Shown here: positions 9,174 to 17,026 of the stretch, one piece after another
How the letters are laid out: the number at the start of each line of letters is the position of its first letter
Position numbering within the stretch: the stretch's first letter is position 1
DNA from: a bacterium
GTDB taxonomy: Bacteria > UBA10199 > JACPAL01 > GCA-016699445
Direction of reading: 5' to 3'
DNA: 64,000 nt
Assembly: GCA_035454885.1 (NCBI GenBank)
Contig: DATIGE010000056.1
Coordinates: 9,290-73,289, forward strand
Notes under the pieces: generated by a model
Told to the model about the DNA's origin: nothing
Database searches by the model: none
What the model saw: only the letters and a program-made list of their open reading frames with translations
Program-made: the position numbers and the translations under genes

Positions 9174-10151
9174 ATGTCGGGGACACAATGCGCGGATTTC
9201 GGGGGAACGGAACTGGGGGAAACCCTGTGCGTCATGCCGGAGGGTCACGTCTATCCGGGACTCATCACGTACCGCGACGGGCGCGTGGCGGACATCACCT
9301 CGGAGAGCGGGGGAACCGTCGTCATCGCGGGGCCCAACGGCACGGGGACGGTCACGATGGAGGGCGTCGGCGCCGAATCACTGGCGATCACACGCGGCAT
9401 GGCGGACACGGAAATCGGCGATTGTTCCGCGCGCGGGATGGGCGGGGTCTCCTTCTCCCCCATGATGTCACGCTACGAGGGCGAGGAGATCACCTGGTCC
9501 GCGGCCGAGGCCCGCGAGCTTTCGCGAATCCTCGGCGTGTCGGGGACGCGTTCCGGATCGGCGTTTTTCTGCTCGAATCGCGAAAACGCGGGCGCCCTAG
9601 TCGTGGCAAGCGACGCGTTCCACCGTCCGGACCTGATCGCCGGCATCGAAACCCTCGACTCTTCTTGCGGCGATCTCGATGACACGCACTGCGCGGCCAT
9701 GCTCGCCTCCTTGAGAACGGCCGCCGGAATGCCGGCCCCCGAATCGTGGTGGAACCAGATCCGGGGCATCGCGGGATACTTGATCGGCGGCGTGGTCGTC
9801 TTCGTCGTGGGCGGTTTGGGTTCGCACGTCGCGGCTCGGTGGTGGGACGGACGCGGTGGCGACGGCAACCCTCCGGCCGGCGGGGCCGGCACGGGATCGG
9901 GCACCGGCGTGAGCGCGCCTTCATCGAACCCTGTGAGTGAGACGACGAGCGCCTTCACCGAGGAACAAGGACTTTGGACGGGACTCGCTGTCACCTGCGG
10001 TGTCGCCGCCGCGATCCTTTGGGCTGACGACGCGACCGTCATCGGCGTCGTGGACGACCCCGTCGCCGCCGTCGCAACGGTCGCCGCCGTCGCATTCCTG
10101 GGGCTCGCCGTCTTCTCGGGCGAAGACACGTCCGGCGTGCCGGAGGCGTAA
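9174..10151 (+). CDS. family A paralogue 1 (325 aa): Cys-containing N-domain, one TM helix, Gly/Pro-rich tail
   Basis: GGGAGGA RBS. The first ~215 aa align clearly with the products of 10318..11403 and 17027..18193 (MSGxxCxD(F/Y), GRVA(D/S)I, AGP(N/T)G, GDC(S/A)A(R/Q)G, ITW, AF(F/L)CS). TM helix IAGYLIGGVVVFVVGGLGSHV, followed by WWDGRGG. Confidence 0.8.
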   Translation: MSGTQCADFGGTELGETLCVMPEGHVYPGLITYRDGRVADITSESGGTVVIAGPNGTGTVTMEGVGAESLAITRGMADTEIGDCSARGMGGVSFSPMMSRYEGEEITWSAAEARELSRILGVSGTRSGSAFFCSNRENAGALVVASDAFHRPDLIAGIETLDSSCGDLDDTHCAAMLASLRTAAGMPAPESWWNQIRGIAGYLIGGVVVFVVGGLGSHVAARWWDGRGGDGNPPAGGAGTGSGTGVSAPSSNPVSETTSAFTEEQGLWTGLAVTCGVAAAILWADDATVIGVVDDPVAAVATVAAVAFLGLAVFSGEDTSGVPEA

Positions 10152-10258
10152 AGACATTTCCTCCCTTTGTTAAACTCCTTGTTTCCCTTTTGAATCACGA
10201 AAAACCCGAATTGCTCCGGGCGGTTGCCGTTCTTTTGCCATCGCGTCGTTTTTGAAAC

Positions 10259-10286
10259 GCAACATTTCCAACGCGGAGCCGATAAC
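10259..10286 (+). promoter_or_regulatory. cluster promoter motif copy 4: GCAACATTTC..-N15-..(G)CCGATAAC
   Basis: GCAAC is at 10259-10263 and the exact octamer GCCGATAA at 10278-10285, 32 nt upstream of ATG 10318. Confidence 0.6.
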
Positions 10287-10317
10287 CAAAACGGATCTCT
10301 TAACTCATGGAGGCTCT

Positions 10318-11403
10318 ATGTCGGGTAATCAGTGCAGTGACTTCGGGGGGACGAATCTGGGGGCGAGTTTGTGTTCGATGCCGGCCGGGCACGCCTACGA
10401 AGGGCTGATCACCTATCGGGACGGCCGCGTGGCGTCGATCCGAAGGACCGACGGGGCCAACACCATTTTCGCAGGACCTAACGGAACGGGCGACATCACC
10501 CTCGCCGACTTGGGAACGGCCGCCATCGCCCTCACGCGCACCCTGGCGGGAGGCGAGGTCGGCGACTGCGCCGCGCGCGGCGCCGGCGGCGTTTCGTTCT
10601 CAGCCCTCCAGACCACCTACAACGGCTCCGCGATCACCTGGGAAGCCCCCCACTTGGCAGCGCTCTACCGCGCCCTGGGATCTTCGGGAGGTCAATCCGG
10701 AAACGCCTTCTTCTGCTCGAACCGCGAAAACGCACGGGCCTTGGTCGTCAACAACGACACTTTTCACCGCCCCGCCCTCTTGGCGGGGATCAGCGCGCTG
10801 ACCTCCAACCGGAGCAATTTCTCGGAATTGGATGACGCCCACTACAACGCGATGCTCCAGTCGCTCCGCGCCGCCGCCGGCGTGCCGGAGCCCCAGTCCA
10901 CGTGGGACCAGGTCAAGGGCATGGGGGGGTACCTCGTGGGCGGTATTCTCGTCTTCATCCTCGGCGGCGTCGGCGCACACTTGGTTTCGAAATGGTTCGA
11001 CAACCGCGGCGGGCCCAAGGGTCCCGGCAGCGGAAGCGGCGGAGGAGGCGATCAAGACGCCTTCGTCCGCGGACTGATCGAAGGACTCCGCGCCGCGGGC
11101 GCGACGATCCCGGAACCGGTCGCCAACCCTACGCCCGTAGCGAACCCGACGCCGACCGGAAATCCCGTCACCAATCCGGGAAATGCCCGGGTCGCGAGCG
11201 CCCTCGACATGGCCCGGGCCATCCGGGGCTTCAACGGCGGCACGTCCGTGGTCCCGGGCGCACCCGGAGCGGTTCCCAACGTCGCCGGTCCCGGCGTCAA
11301 CCCGGCGCTCATTCCGGTGCCGGTCCCGCCTCCGGTGGTCGTCCCGCCGGTCGTGGTCCCGGCCCCCGCACTGGTTCCCCGGCTCGTGCCGGTCGTTCCG
11401 TAA
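10318..11403 (+). CDS. family A paralogue 2 (361 aa)
   Basis: The start is set at ATG 10318 (GGAGG at 10309-10313). From there the N-terminus MSGNQCSDFGG aligns residue-for-residue with MSGTQCADFGG of paralogue 1, and the promoter motif lies inside the longer TTG-10252 ORF of the track. TM helix MGGYLVGGILVFILGGVGAHL. The tail has a VANPTPVANPTPTGNPVTNP repeat and a terminal Pro/Val run. Confidence 0.8.
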   Translation: MSGNQCSDFGGTNLGASLCSMPAGHAYEGLITYRDGRVASIRRTDGANTIFAGPNGTGDITLADLGTAAIALTRTLAGGEVGDCAARGAGGVSFSALQTTYNGSAITWEAPHLAALYRALGSSGGQSGNAFFCSNRENARALVVNNDTFHRPALLAGISALTSNRSNFSELDDAHYNAMLQSLRAAAGVPEPQSTWDQVKGMGGYLVGGILVFILGGVGAHLVSKWFDNRGGPKGPGSGSGGGGDQDAFVRGLIEGLRAAGATIPEPVANPTPVANPTPTGNPVTNPGNARVASALDMARAIRGFNGGTSVVPGAPGAVPNVAGPGVNPALIPVPVPPPVVVPPVVVPAPALVPRLVPVVP

Positions 11404-11459
11404 AAATTAAGCCATTCCTTCTCCAAAAACCCGGGGGATGCCGTTGAAAGGAGCCTTGA

Positions 11460-13193
11460 ATGTCTCCGCCAACTTTTCCCCAACTCCTGGCACCCACGGG
11501 ATTTTGCGGTCCCTCGGAGATCGGCCCCGTGTGCTACGCCGATCCCCTGGTGGTGAATAGTCCTTCGTCGATCTATTCCGGGGACTCGGTCACGATCCCG
11601 TGGAGCGATTTTTCCACGCGGGGGCTCCTGCCCTACTTTCGCGAAGGCCGGATGGACTCGGCCCCTCCGACGCCCCCGCCTCTCGACCAAAATCTTCCGC
11701 TCTCGGAGTACCGTGATCGTCTGCCGGCGGAGTTACAGCCTTACCTCGCCCCGCTCGTCCAGATCGAGGCCGAGTTCGGCGTGCCGGTCTCCTTCCGCGT
11801 CGTGAACCTCCGCCTCTCGACGGGCGAGGAGGTCCCTCAGATCTATTTCTTCCGGACCGGCGAAGAGGGTGAAACGCCCTGGATGCGGTCGCCCCGCGGA
11901 GGAGGAGGCGCCGGACCGGCGCCCGAACCGACCACGTTCGGTCTCACCGTGAATCTTTTCGGCGGTGCCGCGGCCGTCGTCGCCTACGACCACCTGCTCA
12001 TCCGGCCGCTCATCGACAATGGCCTCGTACCGCCGGAGATGCACAGCCCCCTGCTCTTCACCTCCCTCATGACGGGCCACCTGGCCCTCCATCGTGCGGG
12101 CCTCGTCAAGGCCGCGCCAGGGCAGGCTGTGCGCGGGATGCCGACGTTCATGGGATTTCAGATGCTCGCGGGGCTCCTGATGGAAGGTCTGGGTGTCGAG
12201 CCGGGTCCGGCCCGCGATCTGGGCACCCTCACCCTCTCCATGATGCCCCTCCTCTTGGCGCGCCAATCGCCGGTCCTGGCGGAGGCCCTGGAGGCCGCCG
12301 CGGCGGGACGGGGCTTTCAACTCGCGGGGCTCTCGGGGGAGGCGGCCACGCTCCGCGTGGGGGCCGCGTTCGCGCGGATCTTGGGGTGGATCGGCCTCAT
12401 CGACCTGGGCGCCCGCCTCGGGACCTGGGGCATCGGCAACATCGTCTCCGCCGTCTCCTCCGGCGACACCCGGCACAACATGAGGATCTGGAACCTCATC
12501 CGCATGAGCCAGGACATCATCAACCAGGAGGACTGCGGTTCCTTCGCCGCGTCGGTCTTCGGCTCCTTCCTCACCTTCGGCGACACCGTCCATTCATGGA
12601 TCGACGACGACTACGACGCCTATTATCAGGACCGGGTCCGGCGCACCTACCTCGGACTCGCGGAAGGATCCGACGAATTCGGCGAATCGCTCCACTCGAG
12701 CCTCGCCGCCATCATCGGGCGGCATATCTCCGTGACGCCGGGCGGGACGGACGGAACCTACGCCGTGGATTCCGTGAATTGGGACGGCATCGCGGCCGAC
12801 GTGGCGGCCTTTTACCAGGAGGAAGACAACGCGGACAATATCCGGGCCGGATACGGCCTCGTGGACGATGCAACCGCCCCGATGACCGCCAGCGGGATCT
12901 CCGAGTTGATCGACATCGTCTCCGTGAACGGGGAGATCCCGGACAGAGACCAGTTCCGCGTCCATTTCCGGAACTACGCGGGCCTTCAGCTCTTCCGTAA
13001 GCTGCAAACCTTGGAGTCGCGCGCCTTGGAGCTGGGACTCGCCGAGGACGTGGACGGCGTCCGCGTCTTCCGGATGCCCTCCGACCCTTCAAGGCTCACC
13101 GCCGCCCAAAACGAGTTCCTGACGGGCGAAGGACTCCGGCTCAGCACGGAGATCGCGTACCTCACCCTCTTGGAGGAGGCCATGGAACGCTGA
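11460..13193 (+). CDS. family B paralogue 1 (577 aa): polytopic hydrophobic core protein
   Basis: AAGGAG RBS. It starts 56 nt after the family A gene with no promoter motif, so it is probably co-transcribed. It aligns along its full length with 13278..15053 and more distantly with 15214..16827. Confidence 0.8.
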   Translation: MSPPTFPQLLAPTGFCGPSEIGPVCYADPLVVNSPSSIYSGDSVTIPWSDFSTRGLLPYFREGRMDSAPPTPPPLDQNLPLSEYRDRLPAELQPYLAPLVQIEAEFGVPVSFRVVNLRLSTGEEVPQIYFFRTGEEGETPWMRSPRGGGGAGPAPEPTTFGLTVNLFGGAAAVVAYDHLLIRPLIDNGLVPPEMHSPLLFTSLMTGHLALHRAGLVKAAPGQAVRGMPTFMGFQMLAGLLMEGLGVEPGPARDLGTLTLSMMPLLLARQSPVLAEALEAAAAGRGFQLAGLSGEAATLRVGAAFARILGWIGLIDLGARLGTWGIGNIVSAVSSGDTRHNMRIWNLIRMSQDIINQEDCGSFAASVFGSFLTFGDTVHSWIDDDYDAYYQDRVRRTYLGLAEGSDEFGESLHSSLAAIIGRHISVTPGGTDGTYAVDSVNWDGIAADVAAFYQEEDNADNIRAGYGLVDDATAPMTASGISELIDIVSVNGEIPDRDQFRVHFRNYAGLQLFRKLQTLESRALELGLAEDVDGVRVFRMPSDPSRLTAAQNEFLTGEGLRLSTEIAYLTLLEEAMER

Positions 13194-13226
13194 TAAGTTT
13201 ATGAAATTACTTAGGATAGTAAGAAC

Positions 13227-13254
13227 GCAACATTTCCGCATTCCAGCCGATAAC
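13227..13254 (+). promoter_or_regulatory. cluster promoter motif copy 5: GCAACATTTC..-N15-..(G)CCGATAAC
   Basis: GCAAC is at 13227-13231 and the exact GCCGATAA at 13246-13253, 24 nt upstream of ATG 13278. Confidence 0.6.
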
Positions 13255-13277
13255 AATAACTGGGGGAGTGTGATTCC

Positions 13278-15053
13278 ATGACGTGTAATCCGGCCATTGC
13301 GACTTGCCTGCCTCCGATCGCCTCGGCGTCGACCGGCTTTTTCGGCCCCAATGACCTCGGGCCTGTCTGCAACGCCGCCACCCCGGCCGACTCCTTTGGG
13401 ATGTGCGAGGCCCCCCTGGCAAGCGCCGGGGACGCCCCGGGGATGGCCTCACTGTTCGCGCCCGCACCCCTCGAATGCTCAGCGGACAGGGGACTCCCAC
13501 CGTCCAATGTGGACCTCCGATTGGCCGATTACCGGACGAGCTTGCCCGGGGAACTGACCCCGTACATCGAGCCGATGCTCCGCCTGGAGACCGAGTTCAA
13601 CGTCTCCGTCTCCTTCCGAATCGTGCAGGCCCGTCTCTCGAACGGCGAGACCGTCCCGCAGATCGTCTTCTTTCGCACGGGCGACACGCCGTCGATCGCG
13701 GCGACCGGAACCGGAGGGAGCGGTCCGGGCGGTCCCGGAGCCGCAACCGCGCGGACGCCGACATCCACCGGAATGTTCGTGTCCCTCACGGGGGCCGGGG
13801 CCGCCATCGTCGCCTACGACCGGTTCCTGCTGCAGGCCCTCGTCGACCGCCACATCCTGCCCGAAGAGGCCCGCATCCCTGTCCTCTTCACGAGCGTGAT
13901 GGCCTCGCATCTCGCCCTCTACCGGGCGGGTCTGGTCAGCGTCGGTCCGGTCGAAGGCTTAAGGGGTCTGCCCACGTTCCTCGGCTACCAGATCCTCGCC
14001 CGGCTCCTCTTGGAGCGGATCGGTGCGCCCACGAACTCGTTCAGCACCGATCTCGCGGGCGTCACGCTGGCGACCATGCCGTTCATCCTCCAAAGGCTCT
14101 GCGCGGAATCCGCCACGCAACTCTCGACCGCCGCCGGAAGGGCCCTGGCGGAAGGCGCGGTCCTTCGTGCCGCTGCGCTCGGCACCGGCGCGGAGCTGAT
14201 GGTGGGAGGGGCGTCAGTCCTGCGCGTCAGCGCGGTCTTCGCGCGTATGTTGGGCTGGATCGGCATCATCGATATCGGCGCGCGCGCCGGGGTCTGGGGA
14301 ATCGGGCGGATCTACTCCGCCGCCTCCAGCGGCGATTACCGCACCAACGTCCGTCTCTGGAACCTCATCCGCCTGAGCCAGGATATCTACAATCAGGAAC
14401 GGTTCGGATCGGTGCTTTCCGGTGCCTTCGGGATGATCTGGACCTTTTTCGACTCCGTCGACTCGATGGTGAGCAGCGAATCCGACGCCTTCCACACGCG
14501 CAATGTCGAAAGGATTCGGGACACTCTGGTCAGCGGCTCCGACGCGTTCGGTGATTCCCTCCACCAGAGCCTGATCGCCATCCTCGCGCAAAATACGCGC
14601 TTCTCCCCCGACGGGGCGGCGACGACGGACTGGGACGCGGTCGAACGGGACGTACGCGCCTTCTACCGGGACGAACGAAACGCCGAAAACATTCGGAACG
14701 GCTACAACATCGTGGACGACGCCACGGCGCCGATGACCTCCAGCGGCATCGAGAGCCTGATCGGCATCGTCAGCGACCGGGGAGAGATCCGGAACCGGAC
14801 GGAGTTCCGGGAACACATGGCCCGCCACGTCCGGATCCGCCGGATCGACGTCGCCCGGCGCCTCAACGAACGCTCCTTGGAACTGGGCCTGTCGGAGGTC
14901 GTCAACGGCGTTGCCGTCTCCATGATCCCGACCGATCCCGCACAATTGGAGGCCTTCCGGACCCATCTGACGCCCGCCCAGCGTGAGTTCCTGGACGGAG
15001 AAGGCCTCCGCCTCTCCATGGAACTGATGACCCTTTCCACCCTCCCGCATTAG
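13278..15053 (+). CDS. family B paralogue 2 (591 aa)
   Basis: Shares YR(D/T)xLPxELxPY..E(A/T)EFxVxVSFR(V/I)V, VPQI(Y/V)FFRTG, SSGDxRxNxRxWNLIRxSQDI and C-terminal FLxGEGLRLSxE with 11460..13193. Confidence 0.8.
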   Translation: MTCNPAIATCLPPIASASTGFFGPNDLGPVCNAATPADSFGMCEAPLASAGDAPGMASLFAPAPLECSADRGLPPSNVDLRLADYRTSLPGELTPYIEPMLRLETEFNVSVSFRIVQARLSNGETVPQIVFFRTGDTPSIAATGTGGSGPGGPGAATARTPTSTGMFVSLTGAGAAIVAYDRFLLQALVDRHILPEEARIPVLFTSVMASHLALYRAGLVSVGPVEGLRGLPTFLGYQILARLLLERIGAPTNSFSTDLAGVTLATMPFILQRLCAESATQLSTAAGRALAEGAVLRAAALGTGAELMVGGASVLRVSAVFARMLGWIGIIDIGARAGVWGIGRIYSAASSGDYRTNVRLWNLIRLSQDIYNQERFGSVLSGAFGMIWTFFDSVDSMVSSESDAFHTRNVERIRDTLVSGSDAFGDSLHQSLIAILAQNTRFSPDGAATTDWDAVERDVRAFYRDERNAENIRNGYNIVDDATAPMTSSGIESLIGIVSDRGEIRNRTEFREHMARHVRIRRIDVARRLNERSLELGLSEVVNGVAVSMIPTDPAQLEAFRTHLTPAQREFLDGEGLRLSMELMTLSTLPH

Positions 15054-15143
15054 TGCCCGTTAACCAAACGTCTCCAATGAGAATCAAATAAACTCTATAA
15101 AGTCATAGAGTTAACTGCGTTAACCTGCTTTTGTTATTAAAAC

Positions 15144-15171
15144 GCAACATTTCTTACCCACGGCCGATAAC
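15144..15171 (+). promoter_or_regulatory. cluster promoter motif copy 6: GCAACATTTC..-N15-..(G)CCGATAAC
   Basis: GCAAC is at 15144-15148 and the exact GCCGATAA at 15163-15170, 43 nt upstream of GTG 15214. AT-rich DNA lies immediately upstream. Confidence 0.6.
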
Positions 15172-15213
15172 TAAAACTGAATTTCAATCCATCAACGGCA
15201 AGAAGGAGTCTAG

Positions 15214-16827
15214 GTGACCTCTCCCATCGTCTACAATCCCATGGCGACCGCGACCCTGAACGCCGGTTCCGTCATCCAAACCCAGCAGCTGGAGATCCTG
15301 AGCCGGCCCTTGGACGGTTTTGTCGAGGGAAGAAATTACCGCCTGAACGACGTGATGTCCTCCCTGCCCGTGGGGCCGCTCCGCAACACCGCCTCCCTGC
15401 TCGCGGGCTCGCCCGACACGATGATCACCATGCGCCTCGCGATGGCGGCCGACGGGTCGGTGACGCCGCAATACCTCTTCCGCCAGGCGGGCGACATCCC
15501 CTTCGAGGGTCCATTCGTGCGCGTGGGCAACGGCGGAGGCCCTCCGGCAGAACCGATCCCCGGAGGCTCTCTTGCGGTCACGCTCGGAGGCTCCGCCATC
15601 CTGATCGGCACCAACGTCTTTCTCGCCCAGAACGATGTCCCGGCCCCCGTGATCGGACCCTTCGTGGGCGGCACCTACGCCCTGGCCGACGTGGGCGGCC
15701 GCTTTTTCACCGCCCCCTCGGCGCGGGTCCCGGCCGCTCCTTTGAATCAGTTCTTGAACCAGGGTCTCACCTCGATGGGCGTCGGAACGACCGTTCAGTA
15801 CGGCTGGTCCTACGCCTTCGACGCCTTGGGCACGCCGATGGGCTCGGACGCGAACACCTACGGGAGCATCGGGGGCACGCTCCTCACCTTCGCGCCGGCC
15901 ATCAACTCGCCCTTGAATCCCGTTTACTCGCCGACCTTCGCCAACGCCTTTCGGTCCGCGATCGGCGTGGGCCTGACCGGGGCCGGCGAAGGCTCCTACG
16001 TCTTTCTGGCCAAGGGAGGGTGGGCGGGGGGCGCGGGCTGGTCCGGAGGCGCCATGCAGGGTCTGGGCGCGGCCGGGGCCGTCATCATGGGCAGCCAGCT
16101 CGGGGGCTGGATCACCGAGGCCGCCACCGGGATGAACGATACGAGCGATCCTTACGGACAACTCGCGCGGATGGCCCGTGACCGGATGTACTCGGAGGCC
16201 TGGGGCTGGTTGGGCCGGAGTCCCGTCGGCCATCTCATGGCGGGGTTGACCGTCCTGTGCGGCTACGGAGACGAATTCGCCGAAGGTCTGGGCTATGCCG
16301 AACAAGCGATCGTCCGCGACACGCGCAGCTTCACGGACAACATGGATTCGAACCTCGTCGCCTTCCTCATGAGGAGCGCCTCGGACCGCGAACAGGAACC
16401 GATGGCGATGCAGGACCTGGAAGCGGGCATTCGCACCTTTTACAGCGACAACAGCACGGCGATGGCCAGTTCCTACCGGGTCATCGACATCCTCCGCCGC
16501 ACCTTCAAGCTCGACCGGGACGAAGGCGGGATGACCCGTTTCGTGGACGCGAACGGCCACATCACCGACCGTGCGGCCTTCAACACCTTCGCGGCGGGCG
16601 TGGCCGAGCGGGAGCTGAACATCCGGTCGAGGCGGCTCACGGCCTTGTGGGAAAGATACGGCATCACCTTGTCGGCGACCGGCCAGGTGACGCCAGTACG
16701 GGGTTCAAGTTTCACGCAGGAACAGGTCGACTTCCTGGAGGGAGACGGCGCGCGCTTGGGTTCGGAGATCATGCGCCTCACCAACGCCCTGGCGACGCTC
16801 CGTCCGTCGCCGGTCATGACGAATTAA
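15214..16827 (+). CDS. family B paralogue 3 (537 aa, divergent)
   Basis: GTG start with AAGGAG 5 nt upstream. It keeps the family layout: TPQYLFRQAGD corresponds to VPQIYFFRTGE, there is a Gly-rich hydrophobic core, and C-terminal FLEGDGARLGSEI corresponds to FLTGEGLRLSTEI. The antisense ORF 15184..16560 is Arg/Gly/His-rich and was rejected. Confidence 0.75.
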   Translation: MTSPIVYNPMATATLNAGSVIQTQQLEILSRPLDGFVEGRNYRLNDVMSSLPVGPLRNTASLLAGSPDTMITMRLAMAADGSVTPQYLFRQAGDIPFEGPFVRVGNGGGPPAEPIPGGSLAVTLGGSAILIGTNVFLAQNDVPAPVIGPFVGGTYALADVGGRFFTAPSARVPAAPLNQFLNQGLTSMGVGTTVQYGWSYAFDALGTPMGSDANTYGSIGGTLLTFAPAINSPLNPVYSPTFANAFRSAIGVGLTGAGEGSYVFLAKGGWAGGAGWSGGAMQGLGAAGAVIMGSQLGGWITEAATGMNDTSDPYGQLARMARDRMYSEAWGWLGRSPVGHLMAGLTVLCGYGDEFAEGLGYAEQAIVRDTRSFTDNMDSNLVAFLMRSASDREQEPMAMQDLEAGIRTFYSDNSTAMASSYRVIDILRRTFKLDRDEGGMTRFVDANGHITDRAAFNTFAAGVAERELNIRSRRLTALWERYGITLSATGQVTPVRGSSFTQEQVDFLEGDGARLGSEIMRLTNALATLRPSPVMTN

Positions 16828-16856
16828 ATCAGTAGAAAGTCCGCTTTGATTTCAAA

Positions 16857-16890
16857 GGGCCGGGGGAACCCCCCGGCCCTTTTTGTTTTT
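16857..16890 (+). terminator. rho-independent terminator after family B paralogue 3
   Basis: A 10-bp GC stem (GGGCCGGGGG at 16857-16866 pairing with CCCCCGGCCC at 16870-16879), a 3-nt loop, then TTTTTGTTTTT. Confidence 0.75.
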
Positions 16891-16956
16891 CCGCCGGTGT
16901 CTTTTCACCTCGAAATGTTAACAATTGTTATCATAAAAATATATTTACTGAAATAA

Positions 16957-16984
16957 GCAACATTTCTTCGTCCCCGCCGAAAAC
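16957..16984 (+). promoter_or_regulatory. cluster promoter motif copy 7: GCAACATTTC..-N15-..(G)CCGAAAAC
   Basis: GCAAC is at 16957-16961 and CCGAAAAC at 16977-16984, followed by CAAAACGGAGCC as in copy 4. It lies 43 nt upstream of ATG 17027, with an AT-rich tract upstream. Confidence 0.55.
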
Positions 16985-17026
16985 CAAAACGGAGCCTCAC
17001 TCTTTCGAACAGTCAACGGAGGTCAT

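Noticed and set aside
10252-10317. TTG-initiated N-terminal extension of family A paralogue 2 (MKRNISNAEPITKTDLLTHGGS)
   Set aside because: The extension contains promoter motif copy 4. ATG 10318 has a GGAGG site and gives an N-terminus colinear with the other two paralogues.
11118-11185. VANPTP/VANPTP/TGNPVT short coding repeats that at first looked like a DNA tandem array
   Set aside because: There are only about three imperfect 18-nt units inside a coding low-complexity tail. It is neither a CRISPR nor a satellite array, and is mentioned under family A instead.
11488-11507. TGGCAC ... TTGC that looked like a second sigma-54 promoter
   Set aside because: The blocks are 10 nt apart instead of 5, and the site is inside the coding region of family B paralogue 1.
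15091-15112. AT-rich 8-bp hairpin (AACTCTAT-AAAGTC-ATAGAGTT) after family B paralogue 2
   Set aside because: There is no following T-tract and the stem is weak. It is not called a terminator, though it may still pause transcription before promoter copy 6.
15184-16560. 458-aa minus-strand ORF opposite family B paralogue 3
   Set aside because: The plus-strand frame is supported by paralogy with B1 and B2, an AAGGAG RBS and the upstream promoter motif. The antisense product is Arg/Gly/His/Asp-rich low-information sequence.
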